A stretch of DNA of 64,000 nt from Octopus sinensis (Eukaryota), in assembly GCF_006345805.1 (NCBI RefSeq), contig NC_042998.1:77686001-77750000 (forward strand), written 5' to 3'. Below, piece after piece: positions 1 to 12,970 of this stretch (position 1 is its first letter; each line of letters opens with the position of its first letter). Under the pieces are notes generated by a model. That model worked only from the letters and a program-made list of their open reading frames with translations, did no database searches and was not told the DNA's origin. Position numbers and translations under genes: made by a program.

Positions 1-98
1 TTTGATAAAAATATATGATTATTGTACGTGTTTTCTTTCTGCAAATGCCGAGCCACTAAACCTTTTTCTATTTTCCTTCCTTTTTTATTTCTGTGTTC

Positions 99-134
99 CT
101 TTCTGTCGAAGAACGTAGGCTCCAAACGTAAAAG
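99..134 (+). ncRNA. Degenerate minimal hammerhead-like motif in a Penelope-like short repeat (CTGTNGA family, copy 1)
   Basis: cttt-ctgtcga-a-gaac gtag gctc-caaa-cgta-aaag. Same family as 23409-23444, 41168-41203 and 49865-49900. G12 is replaced by C, so probably inactive. Confidence 0.45.
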
Positions 135-297
135 GTGTTTTTCACTTCCCGAGCGTTAAACTAACACATCTGATAAAAAAAAAATAGAATGTGAATATTT
201 GGGTCCAAATGCCGCTTTGAAAATGACGTCGACTTTTTTTTTCAAAAATTGTTTTTCAAATCAATTTTCATATACCATTCTGAGAAAAAATTATCTG

Positions 298-351
<54 letters not shown>

Positions 352-387
352 TGTGTGTGTGTGTGTGTATACAAGCATACACACACA

Positions 388-780
388 CAGGGTGCGACGG
401 ATAAATTGTCGCTATTTTATATTTCTAATTTCGCGCATGCGCATTATATTTGTTTCTGATTTTGTCTACCACACTGTATAGTAGTGTTAGATGGGCGCAG
501 TCTGTGAGTAAAACAGCACCGTGACACAATTCTCTCTGCCAGATATTTGGAAACGATATGCCGTGCTGCTCGTCATTCACGCCGGAAGTACCAATACGAA
601 CGTTTAAGTGTGTTTTGGGTGTCAATTTGAGGACAGTGCAATCTGAGGAGGTGTATCGAGAGTGATTAAAATCAAACGTCCAGTCAGCACCATGGTCCTT
701 AGAGTGATCACAAGTGATGGCGACGTTGTACCTCCATTCATCTTCCTACACGGTCTCAAACTCAACACCAAGGCCTACAA
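388..780 (+). mobile_element. Internally deleted Tc1/mariner-superfamily element (5' end plus transposase fragment)
   Basis: Starts cagggtgcgacggataaattgtcg, matching the termini at 17868 and 19402. 662-780 encodes IKRPVSTMVLRVITSDGDVVPPFIFLHGL, homologous to NIMGFGVITSNGDVMPPFIIP in the 18592-18966 ORF. Confidence 0.7.
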
Positions 781-888
781 ATTACTCCCCCCACCCAATA
801 ATATCACTAAATATGGATGTCACCTCTCCAGCTCGTTATTTTCATGACGTTACTCCTTTCGCTATCATTTTTTAGAGCGAAAACGGTT

Positions 889-1288
889 TACTCTTTTACT
901 CTTTTACTTGTTTCAGTCATTTGACTGCGGCCATGCTGGAGCACCGCCTTTAGTCGAGCAAATCGACCCCGGGACTTATTCTTTGTAAGCCCAGTACTTA
1001 CTCTATCGGTCTCTTTTGCCGAACCGCTAAGTGACGGGGACACAAACACACCAGTATCGGTTGTCAAGCAATGCTAGGGGGACACACAAACACACACACA
1101 CACATACATATATACATATATACGACAGGATTCTTTCAGTTTCCGTCTACCAAATCCACTCACAAGGCATTGGTCGGCCCGAGGCTATAGCAGAAGACAC
1201 TTGCCCAAGATGCCACGCAGTGGGACTGAACCCGGAACCATGAGGTTGGTTAGCAAGCTACTTACCACACAGCCACTCCTGTGCCTAT
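889..1288 (-). mobile_element. tRNA-derived SINE with internal (CA/TA) microsatellite
   Basis: Pol III A/B-box-like head at about 1230-1288 (revcomp tggtaagtagcttgc...ggttccgggttcagtccc), body, internal microsatellite, and a 3' tail ending in aaagagta repeats. Recurs at 13255-13480, 19925-20010, 49435-49660 and 58345-59000. Confidence 0.8.
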
Positions 1289-1991
1289 TAAACTTTACAT
1301 GATTCAAAACGCTACTGAGTATTTCTTTGCTTAGAAACCTAGAGAATGTACACCGGTGGATCAACAATTCACTGATAAGATGGGATAATGTTGTCAATGA
1401 TAGGAAGCAATATAATCCTGAATAAATAAGTATATTTAGAACAGAGAAGCTTTCCTATTCTTCACATCTTGTATTGCAGCGGGACTGTGTTTCTTACATT
1501 ATATATATATACGCACGCACGCACACACACACACATACACACAAACACACACATATATATATGTATTCTATGGTCCGCGGAAAGTTGGCAATCTCTTTGG
1601 ACATTCCCTGATATTTTGCAATCGTTAGACATGGTGTTCAAAAGTTAAAAGGTTATGAGAGAACGCCTGCAACGAAATGGGAACTAAGTTTCTGAACAGT
1701 ATCATAGCATTGGCAATGGAGTTTGTACTAAGTCACTGTGTTTAGAACGGCCAAGTGAATGCAATGAATATTTTTCGATTAGATTTCATTAGCAAAACAT
1801 ATTCATTGGAAACATCTTGAATGAAGCTGTATAGGACTTTCAACCTTCGGATGTAAATCAAGTAGATGCACAAAATTGCCATATCAAAGTACCCGAGGAC
1901 ACTTACTCAATAGAACTAAGCGTCGGAATGTAATACGAACAAAATGCTTTTTAATAAACAAATTACACACACACACACACACACATATATG

Positions 1992-2221
1992 CCGTAACAT
2001 ATATTTGCCAACTAAGTGTGGCATCCTATACAGGAGAGTGCTACTAATGGTCGTAGCCCCAGGAAGACATCTTCTGTAGCTGGATAACGACACACGTTCT
2101 GTGTCCTATTAGTATTTGTGAGGAGAGGACATCGCTCCCATTTCTAGCTTTACGTGATACACACGATGCAGGTGAGCGGTATCATGATGCCGCACACTTA
2201 GTTGGCAAATATATGTTACGG
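1992..2221. mobile_element. Short foldback copy of the 24.3 kb / 56.2 kb repeat family, with 34-36 bp terminal inverted repeats
   Basis: 1992-2025 is the reverse complement of 2186-2221 apart from a 2-nt indel. The interior resembles 24320-24450 and 56180-56330. Confidence 0.65.
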
Positions 2222-3235
2222 TCCTGTATGTATATTTATGCATATATATAAATGTCAATAAAAATGCATACACACATACATACGCACACATACACACATA
2301 AGCAAACACACACACAAAGAGCACAATGTTATTGTATTTCGACAATCCCGAGAAAAGCACAAAATAATTGTGAAGGATATGAATTTTGGTGAGATACCCG
2401 CAGCAGCAACAGCAACATACATGACAGGAGATTACTGGAAACGAGTTAGAGTTACATAAAATATAGAAGAATGCGACAGAGGCCAGGTAAAAAAGTGAGA
2501 AATGGAAAGAGTGAGAAAGAGAGTAAGAGAAAGGATAGAAAAAGAGAAGAGAGCAGGGAAGAAACACTAAGTGCCTATTAGAACAAGAGAGGATGCGAAT
2601 GTGAGAGAGAAGGAAAGAGTTAGTGAGGGAAAGAAAACAGAATGGTCCAGCGTGATATCTATAGTTGAATGATACTGTTAGGATGCTGTGTACGCTAGAA
2701 ACGTGGTCGATGAAAAGATTACAAGAAAAAGACAATGAAACATGGAACATCGCCGGTCAGATATGTAGTGATGTATATATGGAATATATCGGAGGGTCGA
2801 ACTCCTATCTTGGGAATTAAATTCTAAACCAAGCACAAATTTGTCGACACTATCGTAACGCTAAAGTTTCCATCCTCTCTATTTTGAATAAGGAACCAAT
2901 ACTTTAACAGCTTAAGTTTCAACGCGCCATAAACTTTCCATAAGTTGCCAATATAAACCTCTGTGACCTATGCTGCGTAGATGTTTTTGAAAGGATATTT
3001 AGGCATATTTTTCCATCTGTGATACAAGAATCACACACCAAGACGGCAAGAGCCTCAGTTAAGGATAAAATTGCCCAGTCATTATTTCAGCAGAGTCAAA
3101 TCTGATGAAACGGCCAGGAAGTGAGTTAGAAAAAAACTAGCATTCACACTAATGTCAGTGTTCAAGCGTAGCCACATCTAGCTGCGACCAGTAAACGTAA
3201 AATCATAAAGCATTTATACACTTAGCTACATCTAT

Positions 3236-3238
3236 TGC

Positions 3239-3305
<67 letters not shown>

Positions 3306-3330
3306 ATCTATCTATATATCTATCTATCTA
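3236..3330. repeat. (TATC)n microsatellite
   Basis: Directly visible tetranucleotide run. Confidence 0.95.
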
Positions 3331-3499
3331 TCTGTCACACACATAATCTCTTCCCTCCTCATTCTCTATACATGTATATATACACTCATATATATGTATA
3401 TATGAATATATATACATATATGTATATACACACTCACCTCATACTACACACACAGCCGTATATACATATATTATATATGTATATATATATATACACATG

Positions 3500-3568
<69 letters not shown>

Positions 3569-3849
3569 TATATAAATAAGGATGAGATCGATATTTATAT
3601 ACCGATGTTATCAGGTGACCTCATGAAAATAAAATCTTCAAAAGTAATAATTTATTACAATTGTAATTTAGGGTATCTAAGAGATACCACACGCTGAAAA
3701 TAGCAGTCAAAACTTGAATCTAAAACCACATTAAATGTTCATACACCACCAGGAGAGAAGACAAAGAGACAAAATAAACTAGCAAAAAATTCCAGATCAC
3801 GGATTTCCGGTTCTGCATAAGAGATGGTCTGCCTTCATCAGAGGAAATA

Positions 3850-3902
<53 letters not shown>

Positions 3903-4662
3903 GTTTATGAATTAGTGTTGCAAGATTCCCAGTGTGAAACCGTGTGCTGACTGAAAAAGATATTGTTGTATATATTTTTTAAAATTGCCTTCCCGAAATA
4001 ACAATATATATATATATATAATATATATATAATATATATATATAATATATATATATATATAATAATATATATATATATATTATATATATAGATATGTGTG
4101 TGTGTGTGTGTGTGTGGTGTGTGTTGCGTTTTTTCATTCATACAATTCGGGAATACAGACGCAGCGGGTTGTGCGGGACCTTAAACCTCAATGGATAGTA
4201 AAGAAACACAAAATAAAACGTTGGTAAATGCATGAAGGTATAAGATAAACTACAGCAGAATATATTTAGTAAAACAATAATAGAACGTGACCTGAAATTT
4301 CTAGGATTATTACATTTAGTTGATATTCAAATAGGATATTTAAGACGAAACATATCATTAAGATATATAGATATGCAAAAAATGCATTTGTAAGTAGTTT
4401 AAAAAACGTCATTGTAACAGCGAGACACACGCATATAAATATGTATATTGTGTGTATTATTATATATTATATATATATATAATATTATATATATATATCT
4501 GTGTGTGGTGGTGTGTGTGTGTGTGTTGTTTAGTGTAGATATATATAATATATATATGTAAGTATGTATGTGTGTATGTATTATAGAAGATGTGGGTGAG
4601 GCTTAAACAATGCATGGTAAATCACAAGGAAAGAAATATTGAATAATGTAGACTTACCCTGT

Positions 4663-4700
4663 ATTCGATATTTCGAGGCTATGTCCCCATCATCAAGGAT
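4663..4700 (-). ncRNA. Degenerate minimal hammerhead-like motif
   Basis: Revcomp atcc-ttgatga-t-gggg acatag cctc-gaaa-tatc-gaat. Palindromic ATAT helix III, AUC triplet, 3 of 4 stem I pairs, C3 replaced by U. Confidence 0.45.
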
Positions 4701-4738
4701 CTGACGAATGTTGCCGATATATACATATATATATATAG

Positions 4739-4775
<37 letters not shown>

Positions 4776-5177
4776 ATATATAAAATCTCAAAATAGCAGT
4801 AGCAACAATAATGATAATATATAGGTAGTAAAGATAGACGGATAGATAGATAGATTGATAGATAGATCATACATATATATATATATATTATATATATATA
4901 TATATATAACTATCTATCTATCCGTCTATCTATATATTATTATTATTGTTGTTGCTGCTACTGTTTAGAGATTATCAAATGTATTGCGGTGAACTGGCAG
5001 AATCGTCTTTGCTTTTCATCCTTACGTTGCGCATAAAATAAATACCAGTTCACACTCGCATCGATATAATCTTGTAGGCTTTGTACCTATTGTAATATAA
5101 AAGTCTTGTAAAATAGACTTTAGTCAGGCATTTCTGGCTGGAATGTGATATTTATTTCGCCATTTAAGAAACTGGTA

Positions 5178-5250
5178 TGCATACATACATACATACATAC
5201 ATACATACATACATACATACATACATACATACATACATACATACATACAT
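5178..5250. repeat. (TACA)n microsatellite
   Basis: Directly visible. Confidence 0.95.
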
Positions 5251-5681
5251 GTGTGTGAATGTGTGTGTGTGTGTGTGAATGTCTGTGTGTGTGTGTGTGT
5301 GTAAGATGATACGGTGTTTGATAACCTCTGCAAAAATAGACTCGAATACCAATGTAACTGTTTGGCTTCATTTAAGCGTAAAGTGGGAGACAATGTACTG
5401 CATAACACTGAGTGTTGTCTACAGTCACATATCGAATGATTTCTGGTCGTTTGTAAGTGTAATAGTCAATACTTTGCCATATTTAATAAATTAGGGTGTG
5501 ATAATCACGACTATACTGAAAGCGAGTTGTTTGGGATCTGAAACCGAAGTTATTCGATACCATTCCGGCCCATAATACTAGAAAGATAAGCATACGTTTT
5601 ACAAGTTTACACTTCAGCTTAACTATAACAATAGCAGAATCTTGCCCAATGAAGAAAACAATATAAACTTATATATTTAAG

Positions 5682-5885
5682 CCGGCGAGTTGGCGGAATT
5701 GTTTGCACGCCGTACAAAATGCTTAGTAGCTTTTAGTCCATCTTTACGTTCCGAGTTCAAATCCCGCCGAGGTCGACATTGCCTTTCGTCCCTTCGGAAT
5801 CGATTGAATTAGTACCAGTTGAATACTGCCATGTACTAACCATCTCCCCTAAAATTGCTGGTCTTGTGTCCAAAATTTGAATCCA
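5682..5885 (+). mobile_element. tRNA-derived SINE (ggcgagytggcgg family)
   Basis: B-box-like gagttcaaatcccgccgaggtcgac and body gcctttc...agtaccagtt, shared with the copies at 25.2, 25.5, 34.2, 35.6, 40.0 and 47.2-48.2 kb. Confidence 0.75.
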
Positions 5886-7795
5886 ATATTTATATATTTG
5901 ACAAGAAATATATAACTGTTGAACCCAATATAATTAAAGCCAAACCCTTTTATTTCAATGATGTAATATTTTGGGAAATATATGAACATCAGATATACTA
6001 ATTTCTCTCTCTTTAAGATATAGTTTCTTGTTCGTATCTAAGTTTATGCTTACGGTTATAACATTTTTATGTACTTTTTTTTATTCATAATCTCTTTGCG
6101 CAAAGGTTTAACCATCATATTTTTCTTCGCAATTACAACAATTATTCTTTAAAAAATTTTAGATATATGCATATAAAAAAAATAGCAAAATTGTGGAATG
6201 AGTAGAGTACGAGCAAAATGCTTCAGTTTTATTCAGTTCTGAGTTCATGTTATACTGTTTTCTGAATTAAGCTCGGAATTCATGTCACTCTGTTCGGCAT
6301 CATTTTTAGATCTATAAAATAAGAACTAATTGAATAATAGAGTTTTGGAAAAGACTGATCATCCTACAATTTTGAAGTGTTGAGCCTACTAGAAATTACT
6401 ATTTACATAAAAAATAGGCCAGCGTTTCATATGAACATTGATAAGCCCAATGAATTGTGCAACAGAGTCAGTCGCTTATTATAATAACGGATTTTTATCG
6501 TCTGGGTAGCGTTAATTAAAATGCCCTGTACTTAAGTGATTATTTTGTATATCCGTGACTCATTGTATCTTGTTTTCTCCTTAATATATAATTTTAAATC
6601 ACAATCTTTCATGTCTGTCTAATTTCAAGAAATTAATTGCGTGTCATGCATTTCAGTCGATTCCATCAATGATACACCACACTTAAAACTTTCAAAATGG
6701 TACCAATGGAAGAAATCAAACAAATGGTCAATAAAATGTAGTAAATAGGAGCTCACCCATTGGTGTTAGGTGTGTGGGTTATACATTTCCTTAAGCAGAA
6801 ATTTGATTCAGCGGCCGATTCAGAAATGTTCCAGAAAATCAGCTCAATGGGGAGCAATTGGAAGATCGCTCGATCAGCCAGAAACAGCCGGCAATTCTTT
6901 TCCAAATTACACATCATTATGTGTTAAATATAGAAGTGAGACTTTGGATAAAGCTGTCCTATATAACCATAAAAATGTCGCTATAGTCATGAGTGATATG
7001 CATTTGACAGTGTGTCAGTTCAACAAAGTGGAATAAATATGAATCTTTTCTTGTCTTCAATCGTCCTCTTTCTAATCCTCAGCATTTAATTCAAATGAAC
7101 TGATAGAGCATGGCATTTTTGTCCCTTAAATGTAACGAGAAGCTTGTAGTAGATTTGAACATATGATCTATATGACTATGTTCTAACTCATCCACTTCGG
7201 TATTGCATTTAAAAGTAAATATAACTGCAAATAAAACAGCTATTCATCTGTGTATAAATGTGATGTAACGAAGCCAATAGAGAAAAGTTAAGCATAAACA
7301 TGTTAATGTATAAATCGCGTTATCTCTCCACCTTTCCCTACAGTAGTTGTTCTCTATCGAGATCGCTTCTTTGTCTCGCTTCCTTCAACCAATTTCTTTC
7401 TCTCTCTTTTCTGCAATACCCCCTCTCTCTTTTTCTCTCTAGCTCTCTTTCTCATGGTCCTATTAGCACACTGAAAGTATACGCTTTTAACGTTATTTCA
7501 ATTTAGTCTCAATATGTAATAATTTTGTATAATGTTTTTAATTCTTTCGATCCTCCTTTCTATCTTTCTTACAGAGACAAAGGAACACACACACACGTTA
7601 TATTTCTAATTATCTCTCTGTCACTCTGCTCCACTTTTCTGCTATCCCCCTTCTTACTATATCAGTATATCTCACAATAGCTATGTACGCATGCATATAC
7701 ATATATATATATATGCACACGCATGTGAATGTGTGTGCGTGCACACACATACACATATATATATACATACATAGATACATGCATATATATACATA

Positions 7796-7827
<32 letters not shown>

Positions 7828-7915
7828 CATAGATACATGCATATATATATATACATATACCTGTATATATATATGAGTATATACGTAAAATAAACACACA
7901 CACACACAACACACA

Positions 7916-7955
<40 letters not shown>

Positions 7956-8200
7956 TGACAGATCTGCACACACACGCACACACACATACACACATGCAAT
8001 TACACAAAGGCACATACTCTCAGACATGTGTCTGGCAGATTAACCCTCTCAGAAACCTATCCCTTATACTCTGCCCCTCTGTCCGCCTAACTTATCTCAC
8101 GCAATCCACATTCTCACACAGTCGCTGTCACTTCGTCTATATACCTCTCATTAATCTCTTTTCAGACACCAGACCTATGAAGTGACAGGCACTAACTTAC

Positions 8201-8217
8201 ACAAGGAGGGGCATAGA
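8201..8217 (-). CDS. Candidate 17-nt micro-exon (unverified)
   Basis: Revcomp tttttgcatccag|TCTATGCCCCTCCTTGT|gtaagt. Good acceptor and consensus donor; no homology evidence. Confidence 0.15.
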
Positions 8218-8436
8218 CTGGATGCAAAAATACATCAACGTATACAGACACACTGGCACAGGGACATGTAATAAATACACACACACACACACACACACAT
8301 ACATATAATATTTATATATATATATATATATATCTATATATATATATATATATATTATATATATGTATGTATGTGTGTATATATATATACATACATACAT
8401 ACATATATATTATATGTAATATAAGACACTCATTAC

Positions 8437-8504
8437 CTCATCCGGTGCCCTGCAGGCTGTACCCTCCAAGTACATAGAGCGTTGACCAAATAAATGAAGC
8501 TTCC
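8437..8504 (-). CDS. Candidate 68-nt exon in a GC-richer unique patch (unverified)
   Basis: Revcomp ccccgccctccag|GGAAGC...GGATGAG|gtaatg. Two frames are open (GSFIYLVNALCTWRVQPAGHRM; KLHLFGQRSMYLEGTACRAPDE). Confidence 0.2.
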
Positions 8505-8826
8505 CTGGAGGGCGGGGGTAGTGTCCTTACCCAATACTAAACAACCCTCCAACATACGTACAGATAAATTCATACAGCCTCTCTGTGTCATACTTTTCCA
8601 ACATCACTGTGTATGTGCTTGCGTGTTTGTGTGTGACGTGTGTACGTGCGTGTGAGTGCCCGTGTGCGTGTGTGTGTGTGTTTGAACATAACTCCTCTGT
8701 TCTTTCTCTAAAAAAACACACGCATTAACAAAACGTTCACCAATTCAAACTATTCACACCACATACGGTTAATGAAATTCAAGGGAAAAGAGAAATGTGT
8801 GTGGGTATACATACATACATACATAA

Positions 8827-8900
<74 letters not shown>

Positions 8901-9068
8901 TGTATGTATGTATGCATGTATGCATGTATATATAGACAAAAAAAGACAGATAGATAGAGAGAAAGAGAGAGAAGGTGTGAGAGAAAGAGAGAGAAGGAGT
9001 GAGAGAAAGCGTGATAGAATAGTAGTGTATGCTTGGTGCGTGTGTATATATATAATATAATATTATAT

Positions 9069-9161
<93 letters not shown>

Positions 9162-9821
9162 TATTTATATGTATATACATACACACATATATTTTACGTA
9201 AAGTGGATATACTGAAGAAAGCCCCAAAAATGAATTATTCCTTTTGAGAAAGTTACTTTTATAGAGGCATAATGCGGAAAAGTACACAAATATATCGTTA
9301 GTAGACGAATACCGCAGTTTAGAGATTTTTTTCTACATTATATCCACGTTAAGTATGATATACTGAATACTACTTTGAATCAATATTGCTTTTGTCACTA
9401 ATAATGAGCACCCACACAGACTGAGCCACACATCCACGTATGTAAATTTATTATATAATAAGTGGATTCAGAGAATCCTGTAGCTATCAAAGAAAGCTCT
9501 TTTAGTGAACTCAGCTAACAGACCTCATGATAAACTAATACTGAGAAGTGTAATGCAGAATGTGAATGCAGCTGAAACCCAGATAACCCGATCGATGAAA
9601 TTACTTAATGAGAAATATTTAAACTATAACTAGCCAGAATATATGACAGATGAATATCTTTACTTAGCCACTTGGAATTCTTATGATTATCGCTCTTTCG
9701 TAACCTTTTTTATGTTGTAAGAATTTCAGTGGAATAAATCATGTTTAGATTTGTGCATGCTACGCATTATATGGAACTATTTTATCTTTACAACTCAATG
9801 CAAATAAAGAAAGCTAGCTCA

Positions 9822-9924
9822 TCAGGTCACCAGAATATCATAGCTACACCAACATTGCAACAGGGTACATAATTGACAGAACAATTCTTGACACCACTCG
9901 TTCTCACATTCGCTAAATCTGCAT
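9822..9924 (-). CDS. Candidate terminal Cys-rich exon (unverified)
   Basis: Acceptor tttttttcag|. The offset-1 frame reads CRFSECENEWCQELFCQLCTLLQCWCSYDILVT-stop and is phase-compatible with the 12323-12386 candidate. Confidence 0.2.
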
Positions 9925-10284
9925 CTGAAAAAAACTATTCTGAAAGAACATACAGTACTTAGAAGGAAAAGAGAACTGTCTTATTGCTGTCATAAAATTA
10001 CTATTCTTTTAATGAAGGTCAAATAATTTTCCACTAATTAGCTTCCATATGATACTGCTTATATATACTTGATGTCACTAGACTGCTTATGTCGCCTCGT
10101 AAAATAGCAGATACCTACGACATTTAGATTGATTTCCGTTCCTACCAGGCAAAATCGTACAGGATGTGAAATTGGGGTTGCCACATCTTCCAATCCTCCA
10201 ATATTACATATGCAATATTTACTAGAAAATCCGATTTCCTTTTCTTACCAGACTTCTTATGAACTGAAGTGATTTATGGAAGAG

Positions 10285-11330
10285 CTTTGTGTTGTTGGTG
10301 GTGGTGGTATTGGCGGTTGTGTTAACAGGGTTTGTGGGGGGGGGGGGTCACTATAAGGTTAAGTATAGTTTTCTGGCCATGCTGTGTCAGTGGATGGCAG
10401 AGTTCATGGTGATGTTATAGTTGATGCAACGGGTTGTTTTTTGAGCAATTTGGTAATGACATTATTGGTAGATATTTTGGAAAGGTAGTTGTAGGATTAG
10501 TGATAGTAGAAGTTGTATTGGTTACGGTTGACATTAGTGACGATAATAGATATCGTGATACACACTGCGGTAGTAGTACTGGTATTAATGGTAGCGGTAG
10601 TATTGATACAGCGCCATTACTGATCGTATCAACAACTTGAAATTGATGGCTCAAAATATTATTTTTGGAAGAGTTGACAATTGTGCTGACGACAACCGTT
10701 TTGGACTTACTGTAATGTTCCTGGTATTGTCAGATGCGTAGCGGTTGTTATTGTGTTTGTTTCTACTGAAGCACACAGTAGGAGCAGTTAGCTCTGTTCA
10801 GGAATAAATCTTTATTTGTTACGCTGCATTGGTGATGCTATGATTGTTATGGCATGGTTGCGACATTTTTGCAATAGTAAAAAGATTGAAAGTGTATAAA
10901 AGTTGATGGTATAGAATTGGTCTAACATTGGAAGGATGGGTTTTTGTGGCAGTGTTATTTGCTGTCTGGTTGGTATTAGTCATGCTTTGATAGTTGTGGT
11001 TGAGAATCTCAATGATTTTTGTTGGGTGAGTGACAGCACAAGTGTACCTGATGTTGAGTTCTGTAATGTGGCATGAATCAGGATTTTGGCAGTTTAGGAA
11101 GTGGTTTCAATGACATTTAGTGCTTAGAGTAAAGTCGATATTGTGGTAGTGTTTTTTGTATTACAAAATAAATCATGGCGGTAGTAGAGTGCGTACCATA
11201 CGTTACAATTGATGATATTCGGCATAACAATAGAGACGGAAGTGGTTAGGGTAATGTGAACGTGGCTATGTTGGTTTTGTTGGTGGCAGTTGTGGTGGTG
11301 GCGGTAGTGTTTATGGCTCTTACAGTTAGT
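10285..11330. repeat. Degenerate strand-skewed GT-rich (ACC/AAC on minus) low-complexity tract
   Basis: About 1 kb of G/T skew on plus. Minus frames give short Thr/Asn-rich stretches broken by stops. Confidence 0.5.
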
Positions 11331-11704
11331 GGGAATATAATAGAAATATAAAAGGAAATGAAACCTTCCTTTGCCAAATGTTGAAGGTAGACAAGTTTGA
11401 TGGCAGCCATTTATCAAATTCAACAAAATGAAACGAAAAAATAACAAAATGAAACTAACGTAGACCAAAACCAATAATTTAGTGAGTTAGAAAAAACTAA
11501 ATAACATGTTTAACTGAAGTATGCAAATATAACTAGTCAAAGTACATAAATATTGTACCAGAGAAGTACAAACCACAAACACAAACACACATACAGACAC
11601 ACGTGTGTCTATGTTTGTGTATTAACGTATGTATAAGTATGTATGTAAGCATGTATGTACGTATGCATGCACGAATGTATATATGTATGCATATATACAC
11701 ACAG

Positions 11705-11767
<63 letters not shown>

Positions 11768-12322
11768 AAGACACACAAACACACATACACAAACAAATGT
11801 ATACATACATGTGAATGTGAATCTATGTGTGAGTTTGTATGTGTCCCTGTGTTTGTTAATGCGAGTATGGGTCCGGCGGTTGTGCATGTTTTATATCAGA
11901 AGTGCTGACATTTTTTATATATGTACGCACTTTAAAGCCATATGCGTACAAAATAAACACACGTGCATATATGTAAATTATTAAGCACACACATATGAGA
12001 GAAAAAAGCAGTATATGGATTAATACATTGTTGTGTATGTATGCGTAAATACATACATTAACGGTCGTAAATATTTGTGTGTCTGCGTGCATACGTTTAA
12101 AAATTAGAAAAGGTCATAGACTTTAGTTGCAATTCACATCTACCATTCTTACTTCCGGACAAAGGGAGCCTTTAGATTAGCAGTTCCCATGACACCTAGA
12201 ATTAATATACCTTATCAGGTGTTGACAGGCACTGCTGGAATCAAATACTACATTCTGTACTGTTGCTAAAGTCCTACGGTTGTATTAAGACACTGACCCA
12301 AATATATAAATAAAATACTTAC

Positions 12323-12386
12323 CTTTCACCAACCAAAACAACTTTGTCGTTCTCCCGAACCCATATTTTCACGCGCGCTTCTTTGC
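12323..12386 (-). CDS. Candidate 64-nt internal exon of an unidentified host gene
   Basis: Revcomp tttatatatatgtag|GCAAAG...GGTGAAAG|gtaagt, with a consensus AAG|gtaagt donor. Only one frame is open: KEARVKIWVRENDKVVLVGE. Confidence 0.4.
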
Positions 12387-12593
12387 CTACATATATATAA
12401 AAACACACTCATAAACACATACACACATGCGCGCAAGAAAAACATGAACACAAATACACCAATACACTGAATATACTGAGGTACGCATATGCAAATACAC
12501 ACACATACACACGCAAAATATATATATGTATGTGTATATATATATATATATGTATGTACATATAGATATAAATACAATATATATGTATGTATG

Positions 12594-12636
<43 letters not shown>

Positions 12637-12637
<1 letters not shown>

Positions 12638-12939
12638 GAGGCGCAATGGCCCAGTGGTTAGGGCAGCGGACTCGCGGTCGTAGGATCGCGGTTTCGATTC
12701 CCAGACCGGGCGTTGTATGTGTTTATTGAGCGAAAATACCTAAAAGCTCCACGAGTCTCCGGCTGGGGGTGGTGATCCCTGCTGTACTCTTTCACCACTC
12801 TTTCTCCTATTCTTTCTTCTGTTGGCCTGCTCGCTTAGCCAGGGGGGTGGCGTCGTTCGAAGGCTAAAACAATGCGAACGCATTGTGACCAGCGATGTGT
12901 AGCAACATCTGATGGTCTGGTTGGTCACGTGATCATGTG

Positions 12940-12940
<1 letters not shown>
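12637..12940 (+). mobile_element. tRNA-derived SINE (ggaggcgcaatggcccagtggttagg family)
   Basis: A box tggcccagtggttagg and B-box-like ggtttcgattcc. Same head as the copy at 61002. Confidence 0.8.

Positions 12941-12970
<30 letters not shown>

Noticed and set aside
8440-8535. Kelch-like LYVLGGY reading on the minus strand
   Set aside because: The spacing from the Arg is too short and the frame stops before the donor site.
10249-10263. 15-nt segment with cag| and |gtaaga boundaries
   Set aside because: Joining it in phase to the 12323 candidate exon gives an immediate stop, and there is no other support.
11124-11474. 116-aa ORF with a hydrophobic, signal-peptide-like start
   Set aside because: It is derived from T-rich and low-complexity sequence, with no recognisable domain or splice support.
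12637-12715. Possible true tRNA genes at SINE heads (also 36400-36474, 57917 and 61002)
   Set aside because: The cloverleafs are imperfect and each continues into a multicopy SINE body.
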